Assembly (NCBI GenBank): GCA_951406725.2
Contig: OX597816.1
Coordinates: 37,076,001 to 37,140,000 of the forward strand
DNA length: 64,000 bases
Reading direction: 5' to 3'
Source: Octopus vulgaris
Lineage: Eukaryota
Below are positions 37,899 to 52,150 of this stretch, piece by piece. Each line of letters begins with the position of its first letter. Positions within the stretch are counted from its first letter, which is position 1. A model generated the notes under the pieces. The model saw nothing but the letters and a program-made list of their open reading frames with translations. It searched no databases and was not told where the DNA came from. The position numbers and the translations under genes were made by a program.

Positions 37899-37907
<9 letters not shown>
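37784..37907. repeat. Near-perfect palindrome (52-bp arms, 20-nt loop)
   Basis: 37784-37835 versus 37856-37907, with only 3 adjacent mismatches. Confidence 0.95.
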
Positions 37908-37959
<52 letters not shown>

Positions 37960-38065
37960 GGTATTTGTCTGTGTGTGTGTGTAAAGGCATATATATATAT
38001 ATACCCCATATTATAATAAATTTGTTTGAAATTTTAACAGTGTTTCCCCTGTATACGTATGTATG

Positions 38066-38200
38066 TATATCGGGCTTCTTTCAGTTTCCGTTTATCAAAT
38101 CCCTCCCGAAGTTTTGGTCGGCCCAAGGTGCCATACGATGGAACTGAACCCGGATCCATGTGGTTGGGAAGCAAAATTCTTACCACACAGCTACGTCTGC
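38066..38200 (-). mobile_element. SINE family A head
   Basis: Reverse complement of the family A head and core. Confidence 0.8.
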
Positions 38201-41200
38201 GGTTAAGACCAATCATGGATAGGCTGAATGTACATTTTCGACCACTTGAACATATAGAGACTTTAGAAATAACAGCTAATTCTCCCTCAAATCTTACCCA
38301 AAAGTATCACTACAAATAAGGATATAGTCCTAGATACACTTTTTGACACCATGATAGGATAGTACCGTCTGGAACGCTTTTGATATAGTTCTGTTGAACG
38401 CGAGCTGTTCTGGAGCTAAACAGCAACAGCTGTTAATTAGGAAATCCCAATATATTCACCGTTGTACTTGGATTGAGAATAATATTGATTTCTTATGCGA
38501 AAATTAAATCTTAAAATCAATGACTACTGCTTCTTATCGATTTCAAAGGAACAAAAATGAAGATCGAACCGGTAGACAATTTCATCTAGGTGTGAACTTG
38601 ACGACTTTCAACGAATTATTCAAATTCTCTAAAGTAATACAGTATTTTAGAAATAAATAAATAAATGTTTTCATGCAAATGGTTGCAGTTTTTTTGCTTG
38701 ATGTTAGAAACATGTTGACCAAATACATAAAACTGATCTTTTATCATTTTTTAATATGTATATAACTTTTTTCATATCAAATGTAATGCATATTCGTTGA
38801 ATTCTCCCGATAATTGTCTATTTACATTTTTGAGGAAATTTCAGTTTTTTTTTCATGAAGTTTGATTCCTAAGGAAAGTCACGTTTCTTTCTTCTAAGTA
38901 TCCGTGTACCTGCAGTGAATTCCATAAAAGAAATTTGTGATTTTAACAGGGGATTATATATAAAAGTTACTTTTTTTCTTGTAATTGAATATGCACCGTT
39001 AGGAAAATTTTCACTCATATTTAATCTTATCTAAATCAATCTCTATTTTTGCCTTATTTTTTGGTTCTTTGTTTGCTTTCGTTTGTTTGTTTGGTTGGTT
39101 TTTTTGTTGTTTTCAGAAAAAATTTCCCTACATTCAATTAGGAACGATGTATTTTTTTATCGAAATCATTGCAAGAAGCTTAAAGCTCTGAAATTGTTCG
39201 ATGCTTCGCAGTTTAAAAGAAAATTGAAAATATAATGAAAAAGTCATGCCCATAGGAAATGCGACTGTAATAAACAAGAGAATGAACACACAGTTAATAT
39301 GAGAAAGAACATACGCACTTATGTGAAACTTAATACAATTATATCTTATTTTATATTCTTTACATGAATATATCTAATAGCACAGAACGAACAATTATAA
39401 TGAAACAATCTCATAATAATTGAAAAGGAAAAGTGAGAAGGTACAACATGAAATAAGATAAAGAATTAGTTAGCTTACGGTTGTCGTATATACCAGACTT
39501 TATTATGTCGGGTGTGCCGAGTTGCAAATATTCGAATTTTGTAATTCTGTTTCGTATACCTCTTATATATGACATCTTAGTTATAAGTCTTCAACTTCAA
39601 CTTTCCGTTGCCGCAGAATAGATTTAACATTTGAAAACGTCTTACATATAAAACGGATGTTGTGAAAGTATAGGGGTCGAGTATATTTTGACTGTTTCAG
39701 CGATACATCATATAATCATACACTCAGAAAAGACCGGACCATTACAGACTATGCTCGAAATATCAAGTGTTTATAAAGCAGTAAATAACATCAAACTCTG
39801 AAGCCTAACATGTACTCCAAGTGAAGCAACATCCCTTCTCCTACTTTTCCAGCAACCATTTATACCATTTTGTTCTTGTTAAATTCATGTTGCTTACCAT
39901 TTTCACTGCGATTTTGTCCTTGTATGTACAACAGTGACAACAATCACATTACTTCTCTCATGGATAGCTTATTATCGATTCAGAGCTCATTTCATCACAC
40001 ACTGATGGAAATCTACTGATGTCCAGTTCTACCTACAAAATGACCGAGCCGTCTACAACTAAACTGACCCTCTAGCTGGACTTGTCCAGTAAGAGTGCAT
40101 GTGGACACCGGGCGAGATTGGAAAAGCAAACCTACCAAAGATGGACTGAACGCCATAGCCAATTGCACCTATATCCTAACGGGTGTCACCAAGGATGTCA
40201 GGCTCCATGAACCACTTGATGTAAACTAATTTTGATTTTATACCAGGCCAGACAGGAATCGGAAATATATAGAAAACTCGAGACTGACAAAGAAGGAAAA
40301 ATATGGTTAAAAAAATGCAAGGTAAAATAATATGTTGAATGAAATATCTTGAGGTTTTAGACACCTGTTCCACAAAGCCCCGTCTTGTTTTTCATCAGCG
40401 ACAATTTAATAAATAGCCCTTTCAATTTAATGAAATAAATCACCGCCGTATCAATCTTACACTTACTTTTTTATAAGTTATAAGCAGCATTACTTCCCAT
40501 TTCTTAGCTCACTACAACAGAGACCTAATTTTTCCTAGTCTAAAAGAAATCTATATCTCCACTAAGCAATTGCAAATCTCCTAGAGTGAGACATAAGTTT
40601 ACAACAGACTAGTGCAATCACTCGTGTCCATTCCCAGTCGGATTCATTTCCATTTCTTAAACCTCTGGTATTTTACAAACCGAGTAAAATGCTAAGTAGC
40701 TTAATTCTATTTACGCATAAATATGGAACCTAAGTTAACAGATGTGTTAGGTTATATTGAAGACGACCTGCAAGAGATGATCATGTGGTCATGTAAATTC
40801 GTATTCCCTGCGATTTTTTGTTTGCATGTTTGTTTGTTTTTTTGTTTTTGTTTTGTTTTTTATTTTTTTTAGCTTTTTTGATAGACTGTCCGCGATGGTT
40901 AAACCAAGCTATAGTTGAAAATCAAGTTGTGCTTCAGAAGTTATAAATTGCAGATGCGTGCGCATATTTGAAACCGAAAAACAGATTAATTCAGTTGTGA
41001 CTCGACAACGGTAGTTTTCTCAAGCTATATGCACTTACGTGATGACACAAGGAAAATGTGCATTTGACTCTCATAAATTTTGTAAAGGAATTTTAATACA
41101 AAAATTTACTTCTCTCCATAGATATGAACAACATATAAATAAGACTACATTTGTTATAACATACCAACATCGAGGATCACTCTCTTGACGATATATACGC

Positions 41201-44126
41201 ACAATGGCAAAGGTTGATCTTCATTTACCGGACAAGAAATATTTTAGTTTTAAATAGCTACTAATGAGATCTACAATGAAGTATTGCATCCGACTCAGGT
41301 ATAAAGTCAACTACTAACAAATTCTGATTGCTGTCCCTGGAGTCACTCTTCTATGGGTCTGCTGATATGGTGACATCCCCACATCTTTATTCAATCGTCT
41401 CTCTTTCACAAACACACTGACGAATTTATTTTACCGAAAACAAAGTGAGAGATACACTAGGGGCTTGAATGAATATATATCAACTTCTTAGAATATTTAT
41501 GCATGTAAAAGCAAATAGGTAATGACACGCATAAAGAACGATAAGCAAGATTTTGCAAAACGAAAACAACATATACATTGAGACAGACGTATAAAGGCAC
41601 ACAAACACATTACCGAGATGGCATGACCATGGTAAGACTATACACAGATATTATTGACATTTGTTTAAAAATATTAAATCTTTTGTAATCTATGGGTTTT
41701 ATTTGGTTTACATCACATGTAATATTTCTCACTAAATCTCTGTCCATTCAGCATTGACATGACATTTTCAGAAGTCTAAAACTCTATGAGGATTCCACAT
41801 TCGTTTGTCAACTAACTACATTGTGTAACTGATTAACCAAATTTTTTTTTTCCTTCTAAGCTATAACTTTCTTAGTTGAAGATAACAATCTTGTTTAACA
41901 TTTATGTACTCATGGTTACTGAGCAAGAAATATTATGTTCAATAGACATGAGTTCATCTTACTGCATATTAATAACACAAACGATACACAAACACATGTT
42001 CAGAATTGCAGAAAGAATATCTGCAACAACGATGGTTCTTCTAGAACAACGGATTAACAATTTGATGTATAGAATAAGATTCTCTTCCGACGTCCAGTTA
42101 CAAAACAATCATATTTCAAGAAGCTATAATCAATCAATAAATACAGGTCACATGAAAACGTAACCATACTGAATTGAATGAAACTCTTCGGTGCATTGTT
42201 GTTCTCGGCATGAAAACAACATTATATAGAAAAAATAATTTCTTCATTTCACCAAAATTGATTATCTTCCAAGCACAGTAAATCTAATCTCCGTTTTTAT
42301 ATGTGAGTGTATATATATATATATACACGTTCTCTTCTAGATTTTTATGCGTGTGATTATGGGATTTAGATATGAGTAAAATTGTCTAAGTGCATGCATA
42401 TGTATATAAAAAGTATATATGTTTGTATGGAAATAGTTGTTTTAAAGTGCAACTGATAGATAAATAAATAACTGATATTTTTCCGCTTGACTTACAAAAA
42501 TCATAGCTTATACTTTCGTAAATATTTGATTTTCATTAATTTCGGATATTATTTGGACCAATTCAATCGGTTTTCTTTAAATGTTATATGTTACTACTTC
42601 ATAGATTTTCCTAGTCCTTTTCGTCTTTAATTACTTTCTGTTTTATACCTGATCCTGTAATCTTCAGTTTCAAAAGCTTCAAATGTCTATTTTGAAATGT
42701 ATTCCAAATAAAATAGAAATAGAACTTTTGAAATACTTCGAAGAGATAGATTTACATTACACGTTAAGGGCACATATTCTCATAAGGAACTAATGTATTC
42801 CACTTTAGCTATTTGAATAATGTTTCCTTTTCCTTGTTTGTTTTTCATTTCCGTTTCAACATTATAAAATTCTTAATATTTAAATGCTTCAAGTGTTTCT
42901 ATATACATGTTAATAAATCTAAAATTCTTGCCCAAAGTAAATTATAAGTTTGAGTTCGAGAAACATTACACAAGATTTTGCTAATAAAATATGTAATGTC
43001 TATTTTTTCCTCTGTGATTTAAATAGCTGTTCAATTATGAAGTAGAAATTAGGAACGAAAATGTTAACGTTTAAATATATTCATATACTTTCTAACACAA
43101 AATTGGAACACAGTTCAGCTTGCTGAAAGCTACAGCTCGGTTAAGAAAAACTGAGTATGTTGACTGTTGAAATCAAAGGAATCAGAGGCGTGAAGAATTG
43201 TTGCTATAAACTTGTCTCTATGTCGATCATAGCATGTAAATGCTCGATTTTTTCTGTTTACTTCTCTATTTTCTAATAGAAAAGATCTAGTTATATATTC
43301 TCAACATTCATAACACATTGGTCAGGGGTCATCAGATTTTGAACGCGATATAAATATTATGAATTGGTTTTATAATCTTAATATATAAAATACCCTGTCT
43401 GTGTGTGTGTGTGTGTGTGTGTCCTCAATGGACGCTCGAACCTCAGGATCAATAATTTGACCTTGGAAAGAATAATACGGTCTTTTTTTTTTTTTTACAA
43501 TAAATAATATTGCTCTCTATATAAAAATCCACTTCTTCAAACCATTTCTCAACTTCATGTGTTTGAACTTTCTGTCTTTGGCGTCCTAACCAGCTATTTA
43601 CACACACACTTATATATACATCATTACAGTTGAGATGATTTCTGATAAAAAAGAATTTCTAATGGTACTTTCATGTCAGAAAAACATTTTTCATACAGAG
43701 ATAGACATCTTTTCCTCAATTAATTAAATGAGGTGCTGTACACTGTACGTTGATTTTTCAATACATATTTTGGACATTTTTGGAATAAGTCGCCTTGTTA
43801 AGACTTGATATTTCACATTTAAATCCCATGTGATTATTCTTGGCGCAAATCGACTTGTTAACGCTTTCACTTAACTGTTTCGTCAATGCCAACATACTAG
43901 GTAACCAGCTAATTACACACACACGTATGTATGCATCATTACAGATGTGACGATTTCATATAAAAAAGAATTTCTAAAGTTACTTTCTCCGACTTTCTAT
44001 TTGCGTAAGATATATACCTTTGTAAGTGTGTGTGTGCGTAAGATATATACCTTTGTAAGTGTGTGTGTGCGTAAGATATATACCTTTATAAGTGTGTGTG
44101 TGCGTAAGATATATATACCTACGTAA

Positions 44127-44175
<49 letters not shown>

Positions 44176-44233
44176 TTTCATACGAAGATTACATTTAATT
44201 GATCAATTGTCAACAGGGAATAACTACAGATAT

Positions 44234-44940
44234 CTGCGCCCCTCCCTACACCGAATTTGGATGATCATAACTTTCAGAAAAATGGAAATTTTTTAATGAC
44301 ATTTTCTATGAATATGTGTTATATCACGTAGATTCCGAATATACAAATTTTTGTTTTGATGGGGGAGTTTTAGGAGGGGATGGGGAGGTCTTCGGAAAAT
44401 TCACCAGAGTCCACTTCAATTCGCTTAACTTTCAGGAAAATTGATACTTTTTAATGAAATTGTCTACAAATATACCTCGTTCTATGTAGATTCAGAACAT
44501 ATAGGATATTTGAGGGAAACCATTGAGGGTTATTTTTGAGAACTGCCCCCCCCCCCTGGGGGATGTTTTGAAACAAGTCGGCCATGTTTGTTACATCTCT
44601 GTTTTCTGCGTTTGTGTATCCATAGATTTCTACTGAAGCAACAGGCAATGAAGGCAAGTGAAGGCCTCACCAGAAAACTCATGCTAAAAATAACAGCTAA
44701 GTGTCTGGTACACAGATACATGTTATTAAGACGACTTATCTGTTGCATACGATTTTCCCCACTTTAAGTAAATTCCAATGTAAACGGTTCTAATAGAAAG
44801 GCAGAAGACACCTGAAGCACAAATAAGGAATATGCACGCACAGTTATATTTAGAAGTGTAAAGGATAATTTGTTACATAATCTCTATAATGAACATAATA
44901 CTGAATGGAATAATTCCTTGTTTTAACTTTTTCAATATGT

Positions 44941-44997
<57 letters not shown>

Positions 44998-45571
44998 CAC
45001 TGAAAATAAGCATGTCACCCCTTCGTGCTTTTCTTTTCTATGGATTCCGACCTTGTCTCCAAGGGAGATTCTGAACATGCAAACAAAATCTACTATTAGA
45101 TTTGTTAATACACCCCCTCCTAAACTTTTCAATTTTTTTCTAGAAATTTTACGACTAGGGCTAATGGTTATATACGGATGCACAAACGCACAAAACGGAG
45201 AAACTGAAACAAATATAGACGACCTGTTCCGAAACACTCCTCCCACCCTACCCCAGTGAGGAACAGTTCGTAAAAGTAACCCCTAATTGTTTCCCCCAAA
45301 ATCCTATATGCTTGGAAACTACATAGTCCCAGCTATATTTGTAGACAATTTAATTTAAAATATCCATTTTCCGGAAAGTTAAGTTAAGACGAATTGAAGT
45401 GGAGTCCGGTGAATTTTCTGAAAATCCTCCCACCCCCTTCTAAAACACTTCTCCACCAAAAAATAGTTTATATTCGGAATCTACATGGTATAATACATAT
45501 TTACAGAAAATGTCATTAAAAAAGATTTATTTTTTCTGAAAGTTAATATCATCCAAAATCGGTGGGGGCAG
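44234..45571. mobile_element. Long-TIR (foldback/MULE-like) non-autonomous element nested in the Helitron
   Basis: ~390-bp diverged inverted repeats at 44234-44622 and 45173-45571; non-coding centre; no clear TSD. Confidence 0.75.
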
Positions 45572-45589
45572 AAAGCTTGTTGTGTCATA

Positions 45590-46250
45590 GTACCAACTGT
45601 CAATGATCTCATAATGCATGTGCTCCGAAACATTGCACAAAACTTTAGTCAATGACTCTCTGAGCGAGCCATCTTAGATACACGTAATGATGCTCTCAAT
45701 AAAATCAACTGGTATATCTTGCAACTGTTTCCTGGACAAGAACAGTCTTTTAAATCTCTCGACACTATCATTGATCAGGACCAGGCTGTAGTTTTTCCAA
45801 CTGAGTTCTTGAACTCTCAACAGCCATCTGGGATGCTACCTTACCACTCAACACTTAAAAAGGGGCTCCAATCATGCTGCTCAGGAATCTGGATCCACTT
45901 TGTCTGTGCAATGGCACCAATCTGGTGGTAAAAGCGATGCGATCCCATGTCCTAGAGGCAGAAGTTATGACTGGGAACTATAAGGGTGAGGATGTCTTCA
46001 TTTCACAGGTCCCATTAATCCCATATGATTTTCCCTTTGAATTTAAACGGTTCCAGTTCCCAGTGAAACTAAGTTTCGCTATGTCAATAAACAAGTCTCA
46101 AGGACAGTCTCTCAAGGTTGTTGGACTTCATCTTGCTTCTCTCATGGACAATTATATGTAGGATGTTCGCGAGTTGGAAGTCCCCAGAATCTTTTCATTT
46201 ATACACCAATTAAAGGACAACTCATAACATAGTATATTTAGATGCTCTAG
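45590..46250 (+). pseudogene. Helitron RepHel fragment, Pif1-like SF1B helicase C-terminus
   Basis: FPTEFLNS, MLLRNLDP..LCNGT, QFPVKLSFAMSINKSQGQSL, FSHGQLYVGCSRV; frameshifted. Confidence 0.92.
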
Positions 46251-46628
46251 TTAATTAAACAGTGATTGATTTCCGGATTTGTTTCAATACATTTGTTTAT
46301 ACTCACGTCATCTGATAGAATTTTTGTTAAATGTACTTATTAACAGGAGGGGAGCGCCCGCAGACCGGCTCTTCTCAAATTTATGTATTTTCAGGTTCAA
46401 CGTGTTTCAAATAAGTACTGATATTTGAAGGTGATTTCAAACACAAAGAACTACCTAGTTTTTTAATAATTTTAATTGAGAACATCAGATAAAATGTGTT
46501 ATTGATATTAACAGTTTGTATCTCAACTAATTACTTTTGAGAACTGTATAATCCATGCTTCATTTTATTTAAAGATTTAAAAGGCATCCTTAAATTTCAA
46601 TATTTTCAATAACCTGGAAAACACCGGG

Positions 46629-47691
46629 TTCATTTCATTTCATTTCATTTGAGTTTGAGTCCATGCTCAGGCCAAGTCGAAGACTCCACCCTCAGAGTCT
46701 GGTGTGGTTGCCAGGTTGTATTCTCTGTTTAATTTTGACATGTGTAGGAGCGAGTTTGAGTCAGTTTGTGCTCGTTGTGTATATCCTGGGAGATGGGGTT
46801 CATCTCTAATGGTGCTTAAGTATCTATCCAGCTGCAATTTGAATGATTCCACACTGCATCCTGATAGATTTCTGACATGTATCGGAATGGAGTTGAATAG
46901 TTGTGCTCCTCGAACCAACAGACTTGACTCTCGCAGGGTTTTTGCTGCCTGACCAGCCTTTTTGTTGATTGGTGGTAGCTGGCAGCGTCTTCCGTGGCGC
47001 AGTGAGTGGTAGGTTTTGATACCAAAGTTTGGCACCTTTTGCTCTATCATTTTCCAAATGTAAATAATTCGGTATCGCTCAAATCTTCTTTCTATTGAGT
47101 ACATCTTCAAGGTTTTGAGTCTTTGCCAATAGTCCAGGTCCCTCGTTTCTGAGAAGTATGAGGTAAAATTTCTTTGGAGCGATTCCATCTTAGATAGTTG
47201 GCCCTTTGTTGTTGGTGACCACAACTGAGAACAGTAGTCAATCCTCGGAAGTATCATACTGCTCCAGAGGGTTTTCATTGTTGAGGTATCTCTTGATTTG
47301 AAGGTGCGCAAGATCCACCCGCTGTACTTTCTTGCAGTAAGACAGACTGAGTCAAGGTGTTCTCTGAATTTTAGGCTGGTTCCCATGTGGATGCCTAAAT
47401 CTTTCACATACTGTTTTTCCATTATTTGTTGTCCTGATGGGTTTCTGAAGTTTGTTGTATTTTTCAGATCTTGATCTGTTCCGTAGCGAATTAGTTCAAA
47501 CTTCTTATCATTGAACAACATGTTGTTTGTTTCCTGCCATTTATATATGGTGGTCAGGTCCTTTTGTAAGGCCTCTGTATCCACCTCGTCTTTGATTTGT
47601 CTCATGACCCTGGTGTCATCAGCAAAGGATGAGACGTTGCTGGTTGTATCTTCATCTATGTCAGAGATGAGGATGAGAAACAGGATTGGGC
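46629..47691 (-). mobile_element. Young 5'-truncated CR1-group LINE
   Basis: Uninterrupted frame PILFLILISDID..SSFADDTRV..KDLGI..PRIDYCSQLWSP..FKLQLDRYL to the stop at 46667; (AAATG)n tail at 46629-46650. Confidence 0.93.
46667..47689 (-). CDS. LINE reverse transcriptase, C-terminal portion (no native start, 5'-truncated)
   Basis: ORF track 46667..47605 extended upstream through the FADD motif. Confidence 0.85.
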   Translation of the reverse strand, partial: PILFLILISDIDEDTTSNVSSFADDTRVMRQIKDEVDTEALQKDLTTIYKWQETNNMLFNDKKFELIRYGTDQDLKNTTNFRNPSGQQIMEKQYVKDLGIHMGTSLKFREHLDSVCLTARKYSGWILRTFKSRDTSTMKTLWSSMILPRIDYCSQLWSPTTKGQLSKMESLQRNFTSYFSETRDLDYWQRLKTLKMYSIERRFERYRIIYIWKMIEQKVPNFGIKTYHSLRHGRRCQLPPINKKAGQAAKTLRESSLLVRGAQLFNSIPIHVRNLSGCSVESFKLQLDRYLSTIRDEPHLPGYTQRAQTDSNSLLHMSKLNREYNLATTPDSEGGVFDLA

Positions 47692-48399
47692 AACGTATAA
47701 AGTTGGTATCTCAGCTACTAGGAGGTAAGACCTGCGTAGTCTATGTTTCATGTTAGAGATCTAAAGGGCGTTTTTTTAATTTCATTATTCTCTTTAGCCC
47801 GGGCAACACCGGATATTTCTGTCAATTATTTTATAAAGAACTAATAATAGAGCTTCTGCAAATACAGTAAAGTATGTTATATTAAAATACTAGAAACTAA
47901 TACAATCGAAGAATAACTATATAACATTCAATACAAATTGAATTAGAGCTGACTAAAAGCAAATAAATTGAGTTTAAGAAACAAAATAGCCAAAGATCAT
48001 TTCGTGAAACATTGTGTTTTTTCATGAATCTGACATTCTCATATGAACACAAACTTGTGGCGAATCGAGAATTAAAAACACGTAGTAGGGTTTAATAAAT
48101 AATTATGTTCTGTCGGAGATTTGGTGGAGCATTTGATTTGCCTCTTATGTCACAATTTTCTGCAGACGACATAATATAATTCTAGATCAAAGCTGAGTTT
48201 TGTTCATAGACCATGATTTCTCACATATCATCTTCCTTAGTATAATCACTCTGATCATAAATCAGCACTGTTTATTGATCTGGGGTGTTCAGCATTCTTC
48301 ATAGGTTAACACTCAGCTCGGGGATGTTTTGTTTTAATTGTTGCCCTACACGAAGGAATATCGCCCATGAATTTCACAGGCCCTTCTAGACTAGTGAGA

Positions 48400-48950
48400 C
48401 AGATACTATACTAATGCTCTTTTTTTTTAACCTTCGTAAGTCAACAACAACTGAAGGAAATACACATGCCACGAGCGATTCCAGTGGAATGCAACGCTCT
48501 GAGGAGGAAGGCACGATTGTAGCGATAAGTGTGGAACTTGGCAGGTTGAACACAGCAGTGAGGACAAAAGGAAGAGAGATAAGGGATTCTGAAATGCCTG
48601 AGTAGAGTTCACATGAGCCCAGCTACCACTGAAGAGCAGATGTTATTATGGCATCTGTTGACAAGACAGAGAGAAAAGACATATCTATCTTGACTTGAAA
48701 GGGAGGGAGAGTTATTGCAGTGTGGTCCAAGCTATGTTAAACATGTGCTTTTGCCATGAGCTCCAACATTAATACTGTTCATGGTTCAACTCGTTTCATG
48801 GACTGTAACTTTTCGTTCACCAGTTCACATCTTAATGACCTCTACCATTTAGATATTAAATGTGATAAAATTGACACAGCCCAAGGTTTAATTATGAATC
48901 CTTATTCTTCGTACGATAGTTGAACATCATATATCAGAAATCAGAGATTC
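48400..48950 (-). mobile_element. Old LINE 3' remnant (CR1/L2-like)
   Basis: Minus-strand PKFHTYRYNRAF..WN..CVFPSVVVDL resembles LINE ORF2 C-termini; heavily decayed. Confidence 0.45.
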
Positions 48951-51900
48951 TCCAACAATGCCCAGCCAATTAACGTATCCGTAATTAACTACAGAAGACT
49001 TCACATCTATGTAGCTATATAGTTTGATGTTTCATATAAATCTCCATGTTACTGGATGCAATTTAATTCAGCCAGAAATTCTCGGTAAGAATAATGAGTT
49101 GAGTAGAAAGTGCGCAGGTAAAAGAGAGAAAACTGAATACACAGCACTGACTGGACATTACTGGAATTCTTGGACATTATTCACAGGAATACTTGGAAAA
49201 GTTGGCTGAGTGAACCCAATATTGAACAGTGATGTACAAGCACATAGGTATACAGACATTAACATAATCTAATATTTATCGTGTTACTATTTGACTAAGT
49301 TAACGTGTAAAATCCTTTTGTTAACAGGTCTCGATACTGAAATAATGAAATTCGAAATTATGACTTTTTTTTTACTTTAGTGAGATTCCACAGCAGTAAC
49401 ATAGTGAAGTAAAAAGTATTTATTAGCCATATTAACCATGTAAACTGAGGACGGTAGAACTGTGATATAGCTCAATGGTGACAACATGATTCAAACTACA
49501 ACTCCATACATCAGAACGTCTAGATAAACCGTAGCCTCTTGATTATTACTAACTCATCAAGTAAAATTATAGAAAAAAAAGAAGACATTGTGCATTGCTG
49601 ACGATGTCTGCAGAGAGTTGTGACAGGTTCTCGTAAATGATAAGTAATTATTATTAGCTCATATTTTATGAAGAATTGAAGCAAACAAAAATGAAAATTG
49701 CAGACACATAATTTTAAAAACTAGACAACGAAACATTCAGAGATGTCAGATATTCTTTCCCATGTTGTCGTTCTAGTCAATTTCATTGGCATTTAAATAA
49801 ATAAGTTAAAATCACTTGGTCAATATTTCATTTCCCCAACCCATGCACAGCTGTCTCTGATAATTCAAACTCTATATGCTTAGTTAATTCTTAAATTAAA
49901 ACAAAACCAATATCAAAATACAAATACAATGAAATATTTATCAACTACATAAATAGGTTCTTAATACTTCTATCACGAGATATTATCTGAAGAGAGGCAA
50001 AGATACCAATTCTGAGTTCGAACACTTATGCCTGATCACCTTGCAGTACATTTTCGGTTTCCTACTCTTTCCATTTTTAAAAATAAATTTAGTGTTGATA
50101 TAAGAAGTTAGGGATCCTGCTTGGCGGGAAATTATAGTAACTTCGCATTCTTCGCATACCTCCATATGTAGCATTGCTATATTCACGAAACACAAACCGT
50201 AATATCACTTAAATTTTTCATGACAATAAAAATTGACACTTTTGAGAAATACTATTTTCTGTATGAGTCCTTGGTACACTAGTTCTGTAATTTTAATTCT
50301 TTCCAGCATTCAATAAGAAATTTGAGCCTACAATAATACTTTTGATTTCTTTTATTAGACTTTATTTGATTTTATTAGATTTATCAGACTTGGAGCATTG
50401 GAGTGTATACTGATTAAACTGACTCCATTATTGACTAGTATTTATGGCATCGACCTCAGAAGAATAAAAGAAATCTGACCCTGTGTCACATGTAATATTT
50501 AATGTAAATATGTAACCATTTAGTATGAATTATTGTGATGCAAAGTATGATATGATTTTATTTAATTTTATGGCATTAATTGCAAACATAAAAATCATTT
50601 GAGTATCTCTAAATAACTCCTTAAACCATTTCTTCTCATTGCTTTTCTACTTATGACTGCACACTCTGATGCTACTTCAGGAACGGCAATAAATTTAATG
50701 AAGTAAATAATTACTTAAGGTAGATGTTTCAGGATTTATTTGCTCATATTTAAATAGCACTGGAATATATACAACAATGTTACGAGTATAAGCTATTTTA
50801 CTATTGCCCTCTATATCGTAATCGTTTTAATCGGTTTAGACCTCATAATGTATGTTTAATGTTTCATATAAGTAGTGACATCCAGTGCCGGCGACCGAGT
50901 ATTGATCTATTTTATTGCATTTCAATCTGTTTCTTAAAGCCGTCCACGAACATACTTCTGCATGAAAATATATGTTAACACGGGGTAAACACCAGAGAAT
51001 AAGCTTGTGAGTGCATAAAAAAAATAAACATGGATTAAGCCAGACAGAAACAGGCTTGTAAGCTTGAGCATACAAAAGCAAATGTGGATCTAAAACTGAA
51101 CACAGTAATAAAGAATATTTCGTTTACTATATTTTGATACTGTATTATCAGACATAAATGTTAAATGGCGTCAAATACGGTTCTGTCCAATCTATTATTA
51201 AACACTAATTATTTCTTGTTGCTAATTACATCTATATCTGAATACAAAAATATTATTTTCGCTCTATTAAATTATTTAGTTAATGCACTTACAAATAGTA
51301 ACAATAACGCCACAAAAATGAGCATCATTTAATTCCAGAATATTTAAAAGATATACTTTCAAAACTAAGGCACTAATACTTCTTCGTTGGATACCAGGAA
51401 TTTCTCCAACACGGGGTCTCGGCTACAAGGCAATGGAACTGCAAATTAGATGATCAATTTATCAGAAAGTTTTCTTCACTTTGGGGACTATATAATTATA
51501 CAAAATATTCAATTTTATGGATTTCTTTCTTGAATAATCGTGTCGAGCAGATTTTGAACACTTTCTTTTGGATTTAAGTAAGTTACACAAATATTTCTGT
51601 AAGACAGAGAGACAGAAAGAGAGACAGATGTCACTTATAAGTTATCTCTACAGATATCCTATAGAATTTAGAGCCACCACTGAAAGTGACAACGTTTCGT
51701 ATACGAATACGTCTATGTAAAAACTTTCAGTGCTGGTTATAAATACTATAGAATGTCTGTAAGGATAACTCAAAACTGATTGAAGTGCACCGCTAACACT
51801 AGAATGTAGCTTATAAACCTTTACAATACTGGGTAGTATATAATGGATGCTAAACTAAATACGGTGTCCTAACTCGCAATTAATGTATATAAGTGTGTGC

Positions 51901-52150
51901 CTGCACGCATATATATAATTTGACCTCTCCGAAAGTCCGATAGATCTGCAATTTTAATGAATTTTAATTACCTTTCTCTGATGATATCTGAAATGAAACA
52001 GCAATTTTAACTAAACATATAAAGCAACACTAATAATAAATGAAAAAACATAAATATAAAGAAGCTTTTGACAGTTTTATAGATATTTCAAAATTATGAT
52101 GCTATGTGTTTCTATTATTTTGGCCAACCGCAGTATATATATATATATAC

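Larger units (their letters stand above)
43376..47825 (+). mobile_element. Defective Helitron with a Pif1-helicase C-terminal fragment and nested insertions
   Basis: A|TCTTAATATATAAAA 5' end; helicase remnant at 45590-46250; 3'-type hairpins at ~46612-46628 and ~47798-47812; internal 33-bp tandem repeats at 44003-44135. Confidence 0.8.

Noticed and set aside
41876-42163. 95-aa ORF after a pyrimidine tract as a host exon
   Set aside because: No recognisable motif, and the frame ends in a stop with no convincing donor; compatible with chance.
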